A DNA stretch of 64,000 nt. Source: Planctomycetota bacterium. GTDB lineage: Bacteria; Planctomycetota; Phycisphaerae; WQYP01. The first letter of the stretch is position 1. Each line of letters starts with the position of its first letter. A program made the position numbers and the translations under genes. Below, piece by piece: positions 29,999-40,289 of the stretch. The stretch is from the NCBI GenBank assembly GCA_021851715.1, contig JAJZCR010000011.1, positions 2,418 to 66,417 of the forward strand, read 5' to 3'. Below the pieces are notes generated by a model. It had not been told where the DNA came from and did no database searches. It worked only from the letters and a program-made list of their open reading frames with translations.

Positions 29999-30883
29999 TT
30001 AAGCCGGCGGTGGATATTTGCAGGCAATGTAGCGTTGCAGACTTTTTTGCCAGTCTTCCATCAGATCCAGGCCCACCGTACGCAGACGGGCATTATCCAA
30101 AACGGAATAGCGCGGACGGATAGCGGCGGCGGCAAAGGCCGTGCTGCTGACCGGCTCAACAGTCACCGTCAATCCAGCCATTCTTAAAGCGGTTTGCGCA
30201 AATTCATGCCAACTGCACTGTCCATGCGACACGGCATGATACAAGCCTGGCCCAGGTTGATGTTCCAGCAGAGCCGCCAACTGGCGGGATAAGGTATCAG
30301 TGGCGGTAGGTGCCACAATCTGATCACTGACTACCCGCAGCGGCTTGCCGGCCCTGGCTGCGGCAATCATGGTATCCACAAAATTCAGACCGCCTTTCAG
30401 TTTGCAGCCGGCAATGCCAAAGAGTCCGCAGGTGCGCACCACATAACCATATTCAGGGGCATGGGCCAGCGTTAAGCAATCGCCGGCAAATCGACTAGCG
30501 GCATAAATGCTCTTGGGACAAACAGCCGCGGTTTCGGCAATGGGTTGGCAACCAGGCCAGCCCTCGGCAACATAATCCGTACCAATTTGCATCCATAAAA
30601 TCTTGCGTTTCTGGCAGGCCTTGGCGGCATCGCGAACCGCCACCGCGTTGATTTTCCATGCGTCATCCGGCCGGCTTTCACATAAATCCACATGGTGGAA
30701 GGCGGCGGTGTTGATCACCGCATCCGGCCGGTGGCTCTCCAGCATAGCTTCCACCGCGGCGGCGTTGGCAATATCCAATTCCAAGCGACCGAAAAATCCA
30801 ATCGCTTCCAGCCCCGCGGCAGGTAAGATCCGCATCAGATCATGGCCCAACTGACCACTGCTGCCGATAACCGCAACTTTCAT
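29999..30883 (-). CDS. rmlD: dTDP-4-dehydrorhamnose reductase
   Basis: GSSGQLG, NTAAFHHVD.CE, TDYV, DQIVAPT and RPRYSVLDN motifs; GAAGGAGG RBS. Confidence 0.9.
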   Translation of the reverse strand: MKVAVIGSSGQLGHDLMRILPAAGLEAIGFFGRLELDIANAAAVEAMLESHRPDAVINTAAFHHVDLCESRPDDAWKINAVAVRDAAKACQKRKILWMQIGTDYVAEGWPGCQPIAETAAVCPKSIYAASRFAGDCLTLAHAPEYGYVVRTCGLFGIAGCKLKGGLNFVDTMIAAARAGKPLRVVSDQIVAPTATDTLSRQLAALLEHQPGPGLYHAVSHGQCSWHEFAQTALRMAGLTVTVEPVSSTAFAAAAIRPRYSVLDNARLRTVGLDLMEDWQKSLQRYIACKYPPPA

Positions 30884-30937
30884 GATTAGCCTCCTTCGAC
30901 GATACCGGTTCCGTCAGATCACGTTAAACATTCCGGC

Positions 30938-31915
30938 TCAGGGACGGGGGTGGTGCTTTAAGTGCACGGCCTTTAGCCGATCCGCATCCACATGGGTGTA
31001 CAATTGCGTGGTGCCCACATTGGAATGGCCCAGCAATTCCTGCACTACCCGCAGATCCGCCCCACCGGAGAGCAGATGCGTGGCAAAGGTATGACGCAGC
31101 GTATGCGGATGGATATGCCGCAAGCCACCGGCCTGCGATATTTGCGCTATGCGCTGCCACAAAACGATCCGGTTGATCGGCCGGCCTGACCGCGATAAAA
31201 ATACCCGCTCCGTCCGATACCCTTTCACGGCCAAAAGCCGCGGACGCAGATCCTGCACATATTTTTCCAGAGCCTGCAGCGCTGGAACGCCCGCAGGAAT
31301 AATACGCTCTTTGCGTCCCTTGCCGATCACCCGGATTACACCGAGATCCCAATGCACATCGCCCAGTTCCAGGTCCGCCAATTCCGAAGCCCGTAATCCG
31401 CAGGCATAAAACAACTCCACAATAGCCTGATCGCGTAGATACAGCGGATGGCCTGGCTGGACGGCTTGGAGCAACTTCTCCATTTGTCCCCGGGCCAGCA
31501 CGTCAGGCAGTTTACGCCATACATGGGCGGTTTCCAGTAGTTCCGTCGGGTTGATGGTGCAAAGGCCGCGGGAGATCGCAAAGCGATAAAACATTTTCAT
31601 GGACGCAACATGCCGCAGCACGCTGGAGGATTGCATTTGACGATCTTCCCCCAGGTGGCGCAGATAAGCTGATACCATGCGATCATCCGCCTCAATCATG
31701 CGTTTGCGGCCATGGCCCGCAGAGAATAATGCCCAATCGGTCAGGTCGGTGCGATAGGCTGAAAGGGTGTTGGCGGCCAATCCCAGTTCCGTATCCACGT
31801 ATAAACAAAATTGCTGGATGGCGGCAATATCTTCGGGCACAAGACCGCTGATCGTATCGCCTGCCGCCGCTGGAACAGCGGAATTGACCGGGTTAGCGCT
31901 ACCGCTTTTCACCAT
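30938..31915 (-). CDS. xerD: Tyrosine recombinase XerD-like
   Basis: NTLSAYRTDL, GLRASEL, GKGRKER, HPHTLRHTFATHLL, VQELLGH and TTQLYTH motifs. Confidence 0.88.
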   Translation of the reverse strand: MVKSGSANPVNSAVPAAAGDTISGLVPEDIAAIQQFCLYVDTELGLAANTLSAYRTDLTDWALFSAGHGRKRMIEADDRMVSAYLRHLGEDRQMQSSSVLRHVASMKMFYRFAISRGLCTINPTELLETAHVWRKLPDVLARGQMEKLLQAVQPGHPLYLRDQAIVELFYACGLRASELADLELGDVHWDLGVIRVIGKGRKERIIPAGVPALQALEKYVQDLRPRLLAVKGYRTERVFLSRSGRPINRIVLWQRIAQISQAGGLRHIHPHTLRHTFATHLLSGGADLRVVQELLGHSNVGTTQLYTHVDADRLKAVHLKHHPRP

Positions 31916-31941
31916 GTGCCCCTTCCATGAGGCGGACGGTA

Positions 31942-33240
31942 TCAGCCGTCCTGCTCCATCGGCAAGCGTGGCCCGCCCGCTGTCGGACCGGAATCCAGAG
32001 CCACGGCCGAATCCGAGGATTGTTCCATATTATCCGAAGAACGCTGCTTTTGCGCCCACCAGGCGCTTAACCGATCCGCCAGCGCCTGAACCTGCAAAGG
32101 CTCATCGGCGGCAATGTACAATCCGGCATCGCGCGAGCGGAATAGGTGATAGCACAGCAGGCTTACCATGTCGGCCGGATCATCATTCAAGCCGTCTCCG
32201 GACGGCAGCGGCGTGTTGATATGGTTACACCACTGGGCAAGCACGTCGTTAACCCGTTTTTTCGGCACCGGCTCGCCGGCAACAATTCTCCTGTCCTGAA
32301 AAAAGAAAGGTTCAACCCACGAGGCGGTGGCCCCGGGCTGGAGGATCAGAAATTTGAGACTCGGTAATCGGTGAACGTATGTAAATCTTTCGCCGGAAAG
32401 TCGAGCCGCTGAGTTGATCCGGGATTTGATGCGTGCGGCAGAGAGAAAATCCAGCTTGGCCGCGGCACTGCGCATCTGCAGTTGCTGTTCTTGCTGCCAG
32501 GCCTGGCGAATGGCCGCAGCCACCTCGCCCGGCGCTGCTCCACCTCCGACCAGAAATTCCGCCGCCCTGCGCACGCTCTGGCGATACTCCGCCATAGTGG
32601 TACTGCCATCGCAGGGGGCCGGACATTTACCCATTTGCTTGTAGGCGCATGGTTTGCCGTGCGGTGCCTCCCGGAGTACATCATAATACCGACACAAGTC
32701 GAAGGTGTCTTCCAATACGTGTATGGCCTGGCGGGCACTCACGGCATCCGGAAACGGCCCCAGCCATTGGCCGGTCGACTCACGGGCGGCGGAAATGGCC
32801 AGCAACTGGGGAAACTCGGCTTCCAAGTCTACCATAACCCCCCACGCCATTTTCCACGCCAGCATTTTGCGGTACCGGTCCGGATATAGCAGCCGCGCCG
32901 CGCGCAGATACCATAAATTGGCCGCAAAGGTGCTGCCGACCCGGCGATAATCGACCCAACGACTGAACTGGCGATAATTGACGCGGCGCAAATGAGAATC
33001 TGCGGCGGGTGGCAAGGCACAGCGATGCAGCAACCCCAGTCGCAGATTGGCGGTACTGGAAAGTAAAATGGACTCTCGGGCGTGGTCCAACAGCGCATAA
33101 ACAGCGGGCTTGGCCGGCACGGTGGCCAAAGCAATATCCAAATTTCGACCGTCGGCCGCCGGGTCGAGCAGATCCGTGGGGATTTCCGGCAATTCCACAC
33201 GCTGCGGCAGCAGATCCGACAAGGTGGTTGGCGTATCCAC
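31942..33240 (-). CDS. UvrC N-terminal-like (Cho-like) protein: degenerate GIY-YIG, Cys cluster and UVR domain
   Basis: PAKPAVY, WLGPF, LCR...PCAYKQMGKCPAPC and MRSAAAKLDFLSAARIK. Confidence 0.7.
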   Translation of the reverse strand: MDTPTTLSDLLPQRVELPEIPTDLLDPAADGRNLDIALATVPAKPAVYALLDHARESILLSSTANLRLGLLHRCALPPAADSHLRRVNYRQFSRWVDYRRVGSTFAANLWYLRAARLLYPDRYRKMLAWKMAWGVMVDLEAEFPQLLAISAARESTGQWLGPFPDAVSARQAIHVLEDTFDLCRYYDVLREAPHGKPCAYKQMGKCPAPCDGSTTMAEYRQSVRRAAEFLVGGGAAPGEVAAAIRQAWQQEQQLQMRSAAAKLDFLSAARIKSRINSAARLSGERFTYVHRLPSLKFLILQPGATASWVEPFFFQDRRIVAGEPVPKKRVNDVLAQWCNHINTPLPSGDGLNDDPADMVSLLCYHLFRSRDAGLYIAADEPLQVQALADRLSAWWAQKQRSSDNMEQSSDSAVALDSGPTAGGPRLPMEQDG

Positions 33241-33292
33241 GATCTTAAACCCAATAATGGATGCTGCCGGTTCTCACCGCGCTGTTGCGGGC

Positions 33293-33790
33293 CTACACTG
33301 GCATTCCCGTAATTTTACATTCAAATACCAGAGTACCGTTGCAAACACCCTGGCAATCCGCCACAATGCGCCGCCGACTCACATCCACCATTTTGGCAAT
33401 CACGTACAAGGTGCTGGGCGGAATCACAGCACCGCGGAATTTACCATGCTCACACCGGGCAAACCCGATAAAGCCCATCTCCGGTATCAACACTCGGCCG
33501 GCATAAGAGCAGAGTTGCGCGGCCGACTCAATCATCAGAACCCCCGGCAGCAGCGGCCGGCCTGGAATATGGCCGCGGACCCAGAATTCATCCATCCGCA
33601 CCTCGCGCACGCCCACAATGGTAATATTTTCCCGGTCTATATGGATAATTCCGGAAAGCTGTTCCATTTCAAAGCGATGCGGGTTGACCTTGCGAATTTC
33701 CTCCAGTGGTACCTCAATGTTGGATAAATCCAAGCGGCTTAAATCGTATAGAAGTGGTGGTGCCACGAACACAATACTCCAGTTGAACAC
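33293..33790 (-). CDS. fabZ: 3-hydroxyacyl-ACP dehydratase FabZ-family
   Basis: NPHRFEM, GHIPGRPLLPGVLMIESAAQ and KFRGAVIP motifs. Confidence 0.85.
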   Translation of the reverse strand: MFNWSIVFVAPPLLYDLSRLDLSNIEVPLEEIRKVNPHRFEMEQLSGIIHIDRENITIVGVREVRMDEFWVRGHIPGRPLLPGVLMIESAAQLCSYAGRVLIPEMGFIGFARCEHGKFRGAVIPPSTLYVIAKMVDVSRRRIVADCQGVCNGTLVFECKITGMPV

Positions 33791-33911
33791 TCAAAATCAC
33801 AGGTAACATACGCCAATGCAGCGGTGTTTACAACCGAAGTACCCGGCAGCCGTCCGTACTGTTTCAGCAGTTGATTGGTTGGAGTTGCAGCGGCATATCA
33901 AGCCCGGCGCT

Positions 33912-34088
33912 TCATGGCGCCTGCGTGCGCATTTCCAGTATTTTCTTGCGGATAATTTGGGCCGTGGCTCGAACATCCTGCATGGCCTTGCGCACACGAG
34001 TGCCGGCCATTTTATTGCCGCCCTGGGCCTTGGCAATATCTTCCGCACAGGCTTCCAGAATTTTTTTTAGATTTTCGTATTCTTCCAT
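33912..34088 (-). CDS. Small histone H1-like (Hc1-family) protein, 58 aa
   Basis: AAGGAG RBS. It translates as MEEYENLKKILEACAEDIAKAQGGNKMAGTRVRKAMQDVRATAQIIRKKILEMRTQAP, with the GNK.AG.R.RK signature. It is below the ORF-track size cut-off. Confidence 0.85.
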   Translation of the reverse strand: MEEYENLKKILEACAEDIAKAQGGNKMAGTRVRKAMQDVRATAQIIRKKILEMRTQAP

Positions 34089-34216
34089 GGTTTAGTCTCC
34101 TTACTTAAACCCAACTCCAATTACCGTAAAAACAACCCGACCACAACGGCGTTACCAAAACACTGTGGTTGAATGTATTATCGGCCCCATGGACTGTTTA
34201 GCTTGAGTGTTCACCG

Positions 34217-35725
34217 TCAGTGCGTCAAGCCATACACCAGAATATTGGTTCCCAGCTTCAAGGCGTCCGTTGTGGCGTAAGCCTTCGCGTAGGGGTTGGG
34301 CAGGTCTTCCCAGCCGTTGGAAAGCGAGATTCGGCTGTACACCACGGCCGGCGCACCATCGATGGTGATGCCTTCGAGCACCGGTGCGTGCAAGCCAGGA
34401 TCTGCGGACGCCACCACTGGTGAATAGTTCACCTGGCGGATTTGGAATACATCGTTATAAACCGGCGACTTCATGGACAATATTTTAAGCTTATGGTGCG
34501 GCAGCACCTTTTTAATTTCCGCACGGAACGCTTCATCAAACGCATCCGACCCCATCGCACAATCCACAAATAGCATGCCTCCGGCATGAAGGTACGCATG
34601 CAGGTTTTGCACCTCTTTGGGTGTCCAGGCAAAGTTCCGCAAACCCGTCATGTACAAAATGGGATACTGGCCCACGCTCAGCGAATCCAGCGAAACCCTG
34701 GCTCTCTTGAATTGCACGCTCAGGGTTGTTTTCTGATCGATGAACTTGAGCAGATTCGGCAGACCATGCGGCGTGGGATTCCAATCGCCGTTGTTCATCA
34801 CTTGCGCAATCACCAATTGGTCGCGGGTGGCGATTTTGGACTGCTGATAAATTTTTTGAATTTCAAACGCCCGGCCGTACTGATAATTGGCCAGTACGTA
34901 TGTCAAAATATTGGCTCCCAGCCGCAGGGCATCGCCTTGCGCATAGAGCACTCCGCCCTTGATGGGCCGGGCGGCCGCGTTCCAGCCCCAGCTCATGTCC
35001 ACCGGCGAAAAAATGATTCCCGCCCGGCAGCCCATGTACATCACATCCAGGTACGGCGGAATTTCTTTCCATGGACCGGTGCCCTTGCGCACGGCCATTT
35101 GCGAAATGTGATTGAGGCAATGATACATCGGATCATCCAACGGCAGCGGGCCAAAGGGGCGATTCGGAAACAATTGATGTTCCAGGCGAATCACGCTTTT
35201 ATTAAATTCCGGCCGGCCGCAACTGGCATTGATTAAAAGGGTACCGCCCGCGGTAATGAAACCTCGCATTTTCGCCAGAATCACCGGGCTGAATTTCGGC
35301 AGCGGTGTCCATCCCGTCAGATAAAGCACCGGCAATTGCGTCGGACTCCAGCTGAACCGGGATAAATCCACCTGTACGTATCGATAGTGCAGGCCCAGTT
35401 GCGAGTTGGTCCAGTTCATCAGGGTTTCAATATCGATGGTTTCCGTGGGGTAATTCTCCACACGGTGGCCCACTATCTGATTCAGATCAATCATGCCGAT
35501 CAGGGCCGGGGGAGCGGGTTTTCGCTTATGTTCGGAGCGGCGCTGGGGCGTGGCCGGCAAAGGCAGCGGCGCAGTGGCCTCGCCTCCAGCCATACGTACG
35601 TGGTGCGCCCGCGGCGGAACCCAAGCTTTGGGATTGACAAAAGCCGTGGCGGGCAGCGCCAGCGATAACCCAGCCAAACACGCTGCCGCAGTTACTCCAA
35701 TATGCTTGCACCATGAACTTCGCAT
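34217..35725 (-). CDS. Secreted protein with tandem DUF4159-like domains
   Basis: Signal peptide and two repeats of P.LY.TG...GG.L...W...AL.LG.NI..Y. Confidence 0.8.
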   Translation of the reverse strand: MRSSWCKHIGVTAAACLAGLSLALPATAFVNPKAWVPPRAHHVRMAGGEATAPLPLPATPQRRSEHKRKPAPPALIGMIDLNQIVGHRVENYPTETIDIETLMNWTNSQLGLHYRYVQVDLSRFSWSPTQLPVLYLTGWTPLPKFSPVILAKMRGFITAGGTLLINASCGRPEFNKSVIRLEHQLFPNRPFGPLPLDDPMYHCLNHISQMAVRKGTGPWKEIPPYLDVMYMGCRAGIIFSPVDMSWGWNAAARPIKGGVLYAQGDALRLGANILTYVLANYQYGRAFEIQKIYQQSKIATRDQLVIAQVMNNGDWNPTPHGLPNLLKFIDQKTTLSVQFKRARVSLDSLSVGQYPILYMTGLRNFAWTPKEVQNLHAYLHAGGMLFVDCAMGSDAFDEAFRAEIKKVLPHHKLKILSMKSPVYNDVFQIRQVNYSPVVASADPGLHAPVLEGITIDGAPAVVYSRISLSNGWEDLPNPYAKAYATTDALKLGTNILVYGLTH

Positions 35726-35943
35726 ACGCGCAACTCCTTAAACTAGCCCGGCGATGACGCACTCGCCCCAGGGGTGGGAAAACCATAGTCGGCACCACGT
35801 TATACATCCTAACAAGTCTTAACGGCCAGCGGAACATGTTTCTTGCAGAAAAAACGCTTCCAACAATTCGCTTTTACGATTCATGCACGTCAAATGTTGT
35901 TTTGTCGTCCGGTTTATCACCCGTCCGAGTTTGCGTTTCGATA

Positions 35944-37968
35944 TCAATCCGTTTGGTCTGGCGTGCCTATCTTCAGCATTAACGCACCATGTGGTGCCAC
36001 AGTGGCCGCAAACTGACCATGCAGACCCAGGTCCTGACGTCGCCAGAGGTCCCGTACCGGTTGGTGGCCCATAAATATCTTGCCGGAAGGAATCACCGGC
36101 GATATTTCCGCCCAGGTGATGGTGGTGGTCGCCTGTGTAAAGCCGCGATTAAAAACGGCTACCGCCACCGTACCATCCCACAATGGCCTGGCCCATACTT
36201 CCATTTGGCCCATCCGGGCCACGCGCTGGGCCTGTTGGCCCAGTTCATCCTGATTAACCGCCAGCACTTCCGTGTTGGTCATCAGATCAGTGGTGAATTT
36301 ATCCAACTTTTCCAGATCACATCCCAGCAACAGCGGAGCAGCTAACATGCACCACAGCGTGATGTGCGTCACCTGTTCCCACGGGGTCAGCCTGGTCCAG
36401 TGCAGCGGGCCGTCTTCAAAATAGCCGAAACCTACCACCAACATATCCGGATCGTTCCAATGGCCCGGACCGGCGAAAGGAAACAGCCGGCGGTCCGCCC
36501 CAAACCCGTTGCGGCAAACGGCCGCCCAAGAGTCGTTGATATCGCCGCTGATACGATAACTGTTTCCAAAAACCGGAGGCTTCCCGCCCCAGGTCCATAC
36601 ATGGCCCATGCCGTACTGGCAGAGGCTAAAGAAAATATCTTGCGGGACTTTATCAAGGGCGGCGAGCATGGTCGCGTAGGGCTTGATGAGCTCTTCCAGA
36701 TCAGGATGCGGACCGGAAATGATGCGATAACTGCACCAATCGTATTTGAGGTAATCCACGCCCCAGGCCGCGTACGTGCGGGCATCCTGTGGTTCGTGCT
36801 GGTAACTGCCGGTGTGGCCGCCGCAAGTGGTTGGCCCCGGCGAGGAATAAAGGCCGAAGCGTAACCCCCGGGAGTGAACATGATCGGCTAAGTCTTTCAT
36901 ATCGCCGAAAGCCGCGGTGGTTTTAATTTCCCCGGACGGCGTGCGGCCATTTTGCCATCCGTCGTCGATGTTAATGTACATGAAACCCTTGGCTGCCAGG
37001 CCGGTTTTGACCATGGCATCGGCGGCGGCGCGGGTTTTGGCGGCCGAGTTGCTCATGCCGTAGGCATTCCAGGAATTCCAGCCCATCGGGGGCGTCAAAG
37101 CCAGTTGATGCTCGCCGGCAACAATGCGCAGTGTACGTGTGGCCTGGCCGAGATCATTACGGGCCGTGAGTTTCACCCGGTATTGGCCCTTGTCATGCAC
37201 CGTACCGGTGATAAGTCCGCCCGGAGTCATGGATAACCCATCCGGTAACCCGACCGCTTCCATGGTGATGCGACCGGTACCGGTGTGCGGTACCTGAAAC
37301 AGAAAGGGTCGTCCCGGCGTGGTGCCGATGACCCGCGGGCCATGAAATTCCGGTGTCGGAGGATCGCCGCTGGCCAGTTCGGGTGGCTTGATGGTACTGT
37401 CCAGCCGTACCGCCGTCGGCGTGGCCATGGATCCGCTGGCCAGGGTAATCACCGGGTCCGCCCAATCGGCATGGTCAAAGGCAATTCCCATCTGGCCGGG
37501 GTGTACCAGCAACAACATAGTTTTCGCACCCCTTAAATTCAGCGCTATTTTGTATGGGGCCTGACCGTCGTGCAGCACCGGTGTGCGGGCGGCCACCTGG
37601 CCATCCACCACCACTTCAAATATCACCGCGCCCCGCCCCTGTTGTTGCCGATCCACGCCGACCAAGGCGGTAAAGCGGGCGGCGGCTTTCTTCAAATCAA
37701 TTTCCAAGGCACTCGGGGCATGGGTGCCGATACCGTGGGCAAATTTGACCGCGCCGATTTGCAGAGGCGTACCCACGACGCTCTGATTTTTGTGCGGATG
37801 GCCCCAGCCCTGCTGCATCAGCGAGAGATCCATATCTTCCAGGCGCAATTTTCGTTGCGTTGCCCGGACTTGCGGAGCGGCCATGGTGATTGAGTCATGC
37901 AAGATGGCCACTCCGGCCGCGGCCGTTATCAATTTCAGAAAGCGCCGACGATATAATTTTTCTGCCAT
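35944..37968 (-). CDS. Tat-exported alpha-galactosidase (GH27) with NPCBM and Ig-like domains
   Basis: RRRFL signal; GIGTHA (NPCBM); TPPMGWNSWN, NIDDGW, DYLKYDWC and WNDPDMLVVG motifs. Confidence 0.92.
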   Translation of the reverse strand: MAEKLYRRRFLKLITAAAGVAILHDSITMAAPQVRATQRKLRLEDMDLSLMQQGWGHPHKNQSVVGTPLQIGAVKFAHGIGTHAPSALEIDLKKAAARFTALVGVDRQQQGRGAVIFEVVVDGQVAARTPVLHDGQAPYKIALNLRGAKTMLLLVHPGQMGIAFDHADWADPVITLASGSMATPTAVRLDSTIKPPELASGDPPTPEFHGPRVIGTTPGRPFLFQVPHTGTGRITMEAVGLPDGLSMTPGGLITGTVHDKGQYRVKLTARNDLGQATRTLRIVAGEHQLALTPPMGWNSWNAYGMSNSAAKTRAAADAMVKTGLAAKGFMYINIDDGWQNGRTPSGEIKTTAAFGDMKDLADHVHSRGLRFGLYSSPGPTTCGGHTGSYQHEPQDARTYAAWGVDYLKYDWCSYRIISGPHPDLEELIKPYATMLAALDKVPQDIFFSLCQYGMGHVWTWGGKPPVFGNSYRISGDINDSWAAVCRNGFGADRRLFPFAGPGHWNDPDMLVVGFGYFEDGPLHWTRLTPWEQVTHITLWCMLAAPLLLGCDLEKLDKFTTDLMTNTEVLAVNQDELGQQAQRVARMGQMEVWARPLWDGTVAVAVFNRGFTQATTTITWAEISPVIPSGKIFMGHQPVRDLWRRQDLGLHGQFAATVAPHGALMLKIGTPDQTD

Positions 37969-37996
37969 TCAAAACCCTTTCTGCAGCAACAGGTCC

Positions 37997-39175
37997 TTAC
38001 GAATATAATAATTTTTTTTGCGTCCGATCGTGCATGTGCAGCAGTTTCTTGCGCAAAGTGGCGCTCCCCGGTCGATAACGCGGAAACACCCGGCACAAGG
38101 CGGTGAGCAATTCCACTTCTCCCGCAAAATCCCGCACGTCAATCGTTTCCGAGGCTATCATCGGCCCCGCTGATGGAACAGCAGCCAAGTTCTGGCCCGA
38201 CGCAGACTCGGCCATGTTGTGATAGTTGCCCAAAGCCAGGCACACCGCCCCGGCCTGGTAACCAAACGCACTGAAAGCCGTGGTATCGCAGGTGCCCCCA
38301 TCCATCAGCGCCCGCTGGAACTTAAATTCCGGCATAGCTGCAGCCAGATCGGCGGCAGTGCTGCCGATAAAGCCGCTCAGGTCCGGATCAAATACGCTCG
38401 TGCGGTCCCCCACACGAATCACCGGGCCATGGCCCAAACGGGCTTGGGCAGTTGTGCGGCTGGTTTCCAGACCAATCACCGCACAATTTTTGGGTATCCA
38501 GCCCCGATGTGCCGCAGCGATAGCACCGGCAAACCCCACCTCCTCCGCACGTGTCAACAGTACCCGAACGCGGGCCGTAATCCGGCCCTGTATCAATCGG
38601 TCCAGCACACACAAACACACCGCCACCCCGGCCAGATCATCACAGGCGCGAGCCGTGAACAGATTATGGTGTGCCGCGGCATCAGGCAGGTGCCAGGTGC
38701 CGATGGTACCGGTGCGGATGCGTGTTCCGTTAGTCCGCAGCACGGCCCGCAACGGCTGCGATTTGGTTGCCGGTGTCACCGCCATCACCTGCGCCGGTAC
38801 ACGGGTGAGTTCAGCCTGGGTCGCTTGCGGTGCCGGTGAATTCCACAGCAGCACGGAAGCCCCGGCGAAACATTCCGGTTTAACTCCACCGCGAAAAATG
38901 GCCCGAACCAGGCCATTTCGCCCCCTCGACGTCACCACAAATGCCGGATGATCCAGGTGGGCCTCCAGCACCAGCAAACGGGAAATTCCCCGCCCCTTGT
39001 GATAATCCAAATGGATATTACCTGCAGGGTCGCAATGCCAGCGTATATGGCGATGGCGGTCATGGCTCTGATACCAGCTGCGCAAAGCCGCAACCACAAA
39101 ATGTTCATGATATGGGGCAGTGGGAATATCGCACAACCACCGCAAAGTGGTCAGATCTGAAGTGCCAATGTACAT
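37997..39175 (-). CDS. M20/M28/M42-family zinc metallo-hydrolase
   Basis: AHLDHP, CDDLAG, AEEVG, GLETS, GGTCD and NYHN metal-ligand motifs. Confidence 0.8.
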   Translation of the reverse strand: MYIGTSDLTTLRWLCDIPTAPYHEHFVVAALRSWYQSHDRHRHIRWHCDPAGNIHLDYHKGRGISRLLVLEAHLDHPAFVVTSRGRNGLVRAIFRGGVKPECFAGASVLLWNSPAPQATQAELTRVPAQVMAVTPATKSQPLRAVLRTNGTRIRTGTIGTWHLPDAAAHHNLFTARACDDLAGVAVCLCVLDRLIQGRITARVRVLLTRAEEVGFAGAIAAAHRGWIPKNCAVIGLETSRTTAQARLGHGPVIRVGDRTSVFDPDLSGFIGSTAADLAAAMPEFKFQRALMDGGTCDTTAFSAFGYQAGAVCLALGNYHNMAESASGQNLAAVPSAGPMIASETIDVRDFAGEVELLTALCRVFPRYRPGSATLRKKLLHMHDRTQKKLLYS

Positions 39176-39236
39176 GACAGACGCTCCTTTAGCCGATCCA
39201 TGATAACCAGTTTGTGGCGGCATCCGCGCATGGCCA

Positions 39237-40289
39237 TCAGTGCATTGAGCTGAAACCGCCAACCCATTGCGGACGAAAAAATGCCCCCGCCATCGCATAG
39301 AGTGCTGCCGGTAAAAAACGTGAGCCGTGCACAATGGCGTACACCGGTTCCCACCGGTTCGGCCTCATGCGGGCACGAAAAGATTCCAGCGTTTGAAAGC
39401 CGTACCATCGGCCCAGGTGGCGGCGGCTCAGTTGCATCAGGCTGCGCATCCACCATGGGTTGGCGGCCATGGCACCAGCGGCGTAGCGACTTAAGGCCAC
39501 GGGTCCCTGGGTCAGGTACCCTGACCCGCGCCGGCGCAATTCCGTCATGCACGCGTCAACCAACATTTCCACCGTGCCATTGGGGGCCGCTGGATCGCGC
39601 ACAATCTGTTCCACCAAAAACCCGCTCCGTCGCGGTACCGGCGAAGCCAGCAAAAAGGCGATGAGTTTTTCCCCCGCCCTCCCATCGCGCTGCAAGGCTC
39701 CCCAAATCAGACGATCCGGATAGCCCGTCTCCAGCGCCGGCGGTTCCACCAGAAAACCCATGGGTGCCAGTGGTTTATGGTGCAGCCACACACGCAGGCA
39801 ATTCTGAAATCTGGTATCTGTCGACACTTGCGCGGGCGTAAAAGCCCGAATGTAAACTCCCTTGTTCCCAGCCCGCCTTATTTGTTGCCGCAGCGATCGG
39901 TGGGTTTGCAGCAGGTCCGGCCATTCGTCCGGTACCCATACGGGCTGGGCCCCCAGAGCGATGGTCTTGTGCCCCAGAGGTTTCAAGCAATCGACCAGCG
40001 GCTGCTCCGCAAAAGAGTAGCAGACCCGACAGCGGTCGCGCTTCGCCCCGGCCTGAAATTCCACGGCGACCTGTTGCAGATGGGCCGCATCGCAAATGGG
40101 CGCGCCGGCCGCCACCCACCAGCAACCGCGTTTGACGTAGCCGACAACTGCTTGATGGTCGCTGGAAAACCAGTGGAGCATACCGGGGTTGAGTATCTGA
40201 TAGGCATTGGCATGGTACCCATGCGCCAGCACCAGTTCGCGCACACGATCTTGCCTCGGCCGTTGGCTATTCACATGCATACCCATCAT
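39237..40289 (-). CDS. DUF2156 / aminoacyl-phosphatidylglycerol synthase C-terminal-like domain protein (no flippase domain)
   Basis: AGAPIC, LRQQIRRA.NKGV, PMGFLVE, APNGTVEMLV, YGFQTL..FR and P.RWEPVY motifs; ATGA-coupled to the upstream kinase. Confidence 0.8.
   Translation of the reverse strand: MMGMHVNSQRPRQDRVRELVLAHGYHANAYQILNPGMLHWFSSDHQAVVGYVKRGCWWVAAGAPICDAAHLQQVAVEFQAGAKRDRCRVCYSFAEQPLVDCLKPLGHKTIALGAQPVWVPDEWPDLLQTHRSLRQQIRRAGNKGVYIRAFTPAQVSTDTRFQNCLRVWLHHKPLAPMGFLVEPPALETGYPDRLIWGALQRDGRAGEKLIAFLLASPVPRRSGFLVEQIVRDPAAPNGTVEMLVDACMTELRRRGSGYLTQGPVALSRYAAGAMAANPWWMRSLMQLSRRHLGRWYGFQTLESFRARMRPNRWEPVYAIVHGSRFLPAALYAMAGAFFRPQWVGGFSSMH

Noticed and set aside
30938-31915. Tyrosine recombinase as a mobile-element integrase for the fluoride island
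   Set aside because: It has XerD-like size and motifs, sits among housekeeping genes and is about 20 kb from the island.
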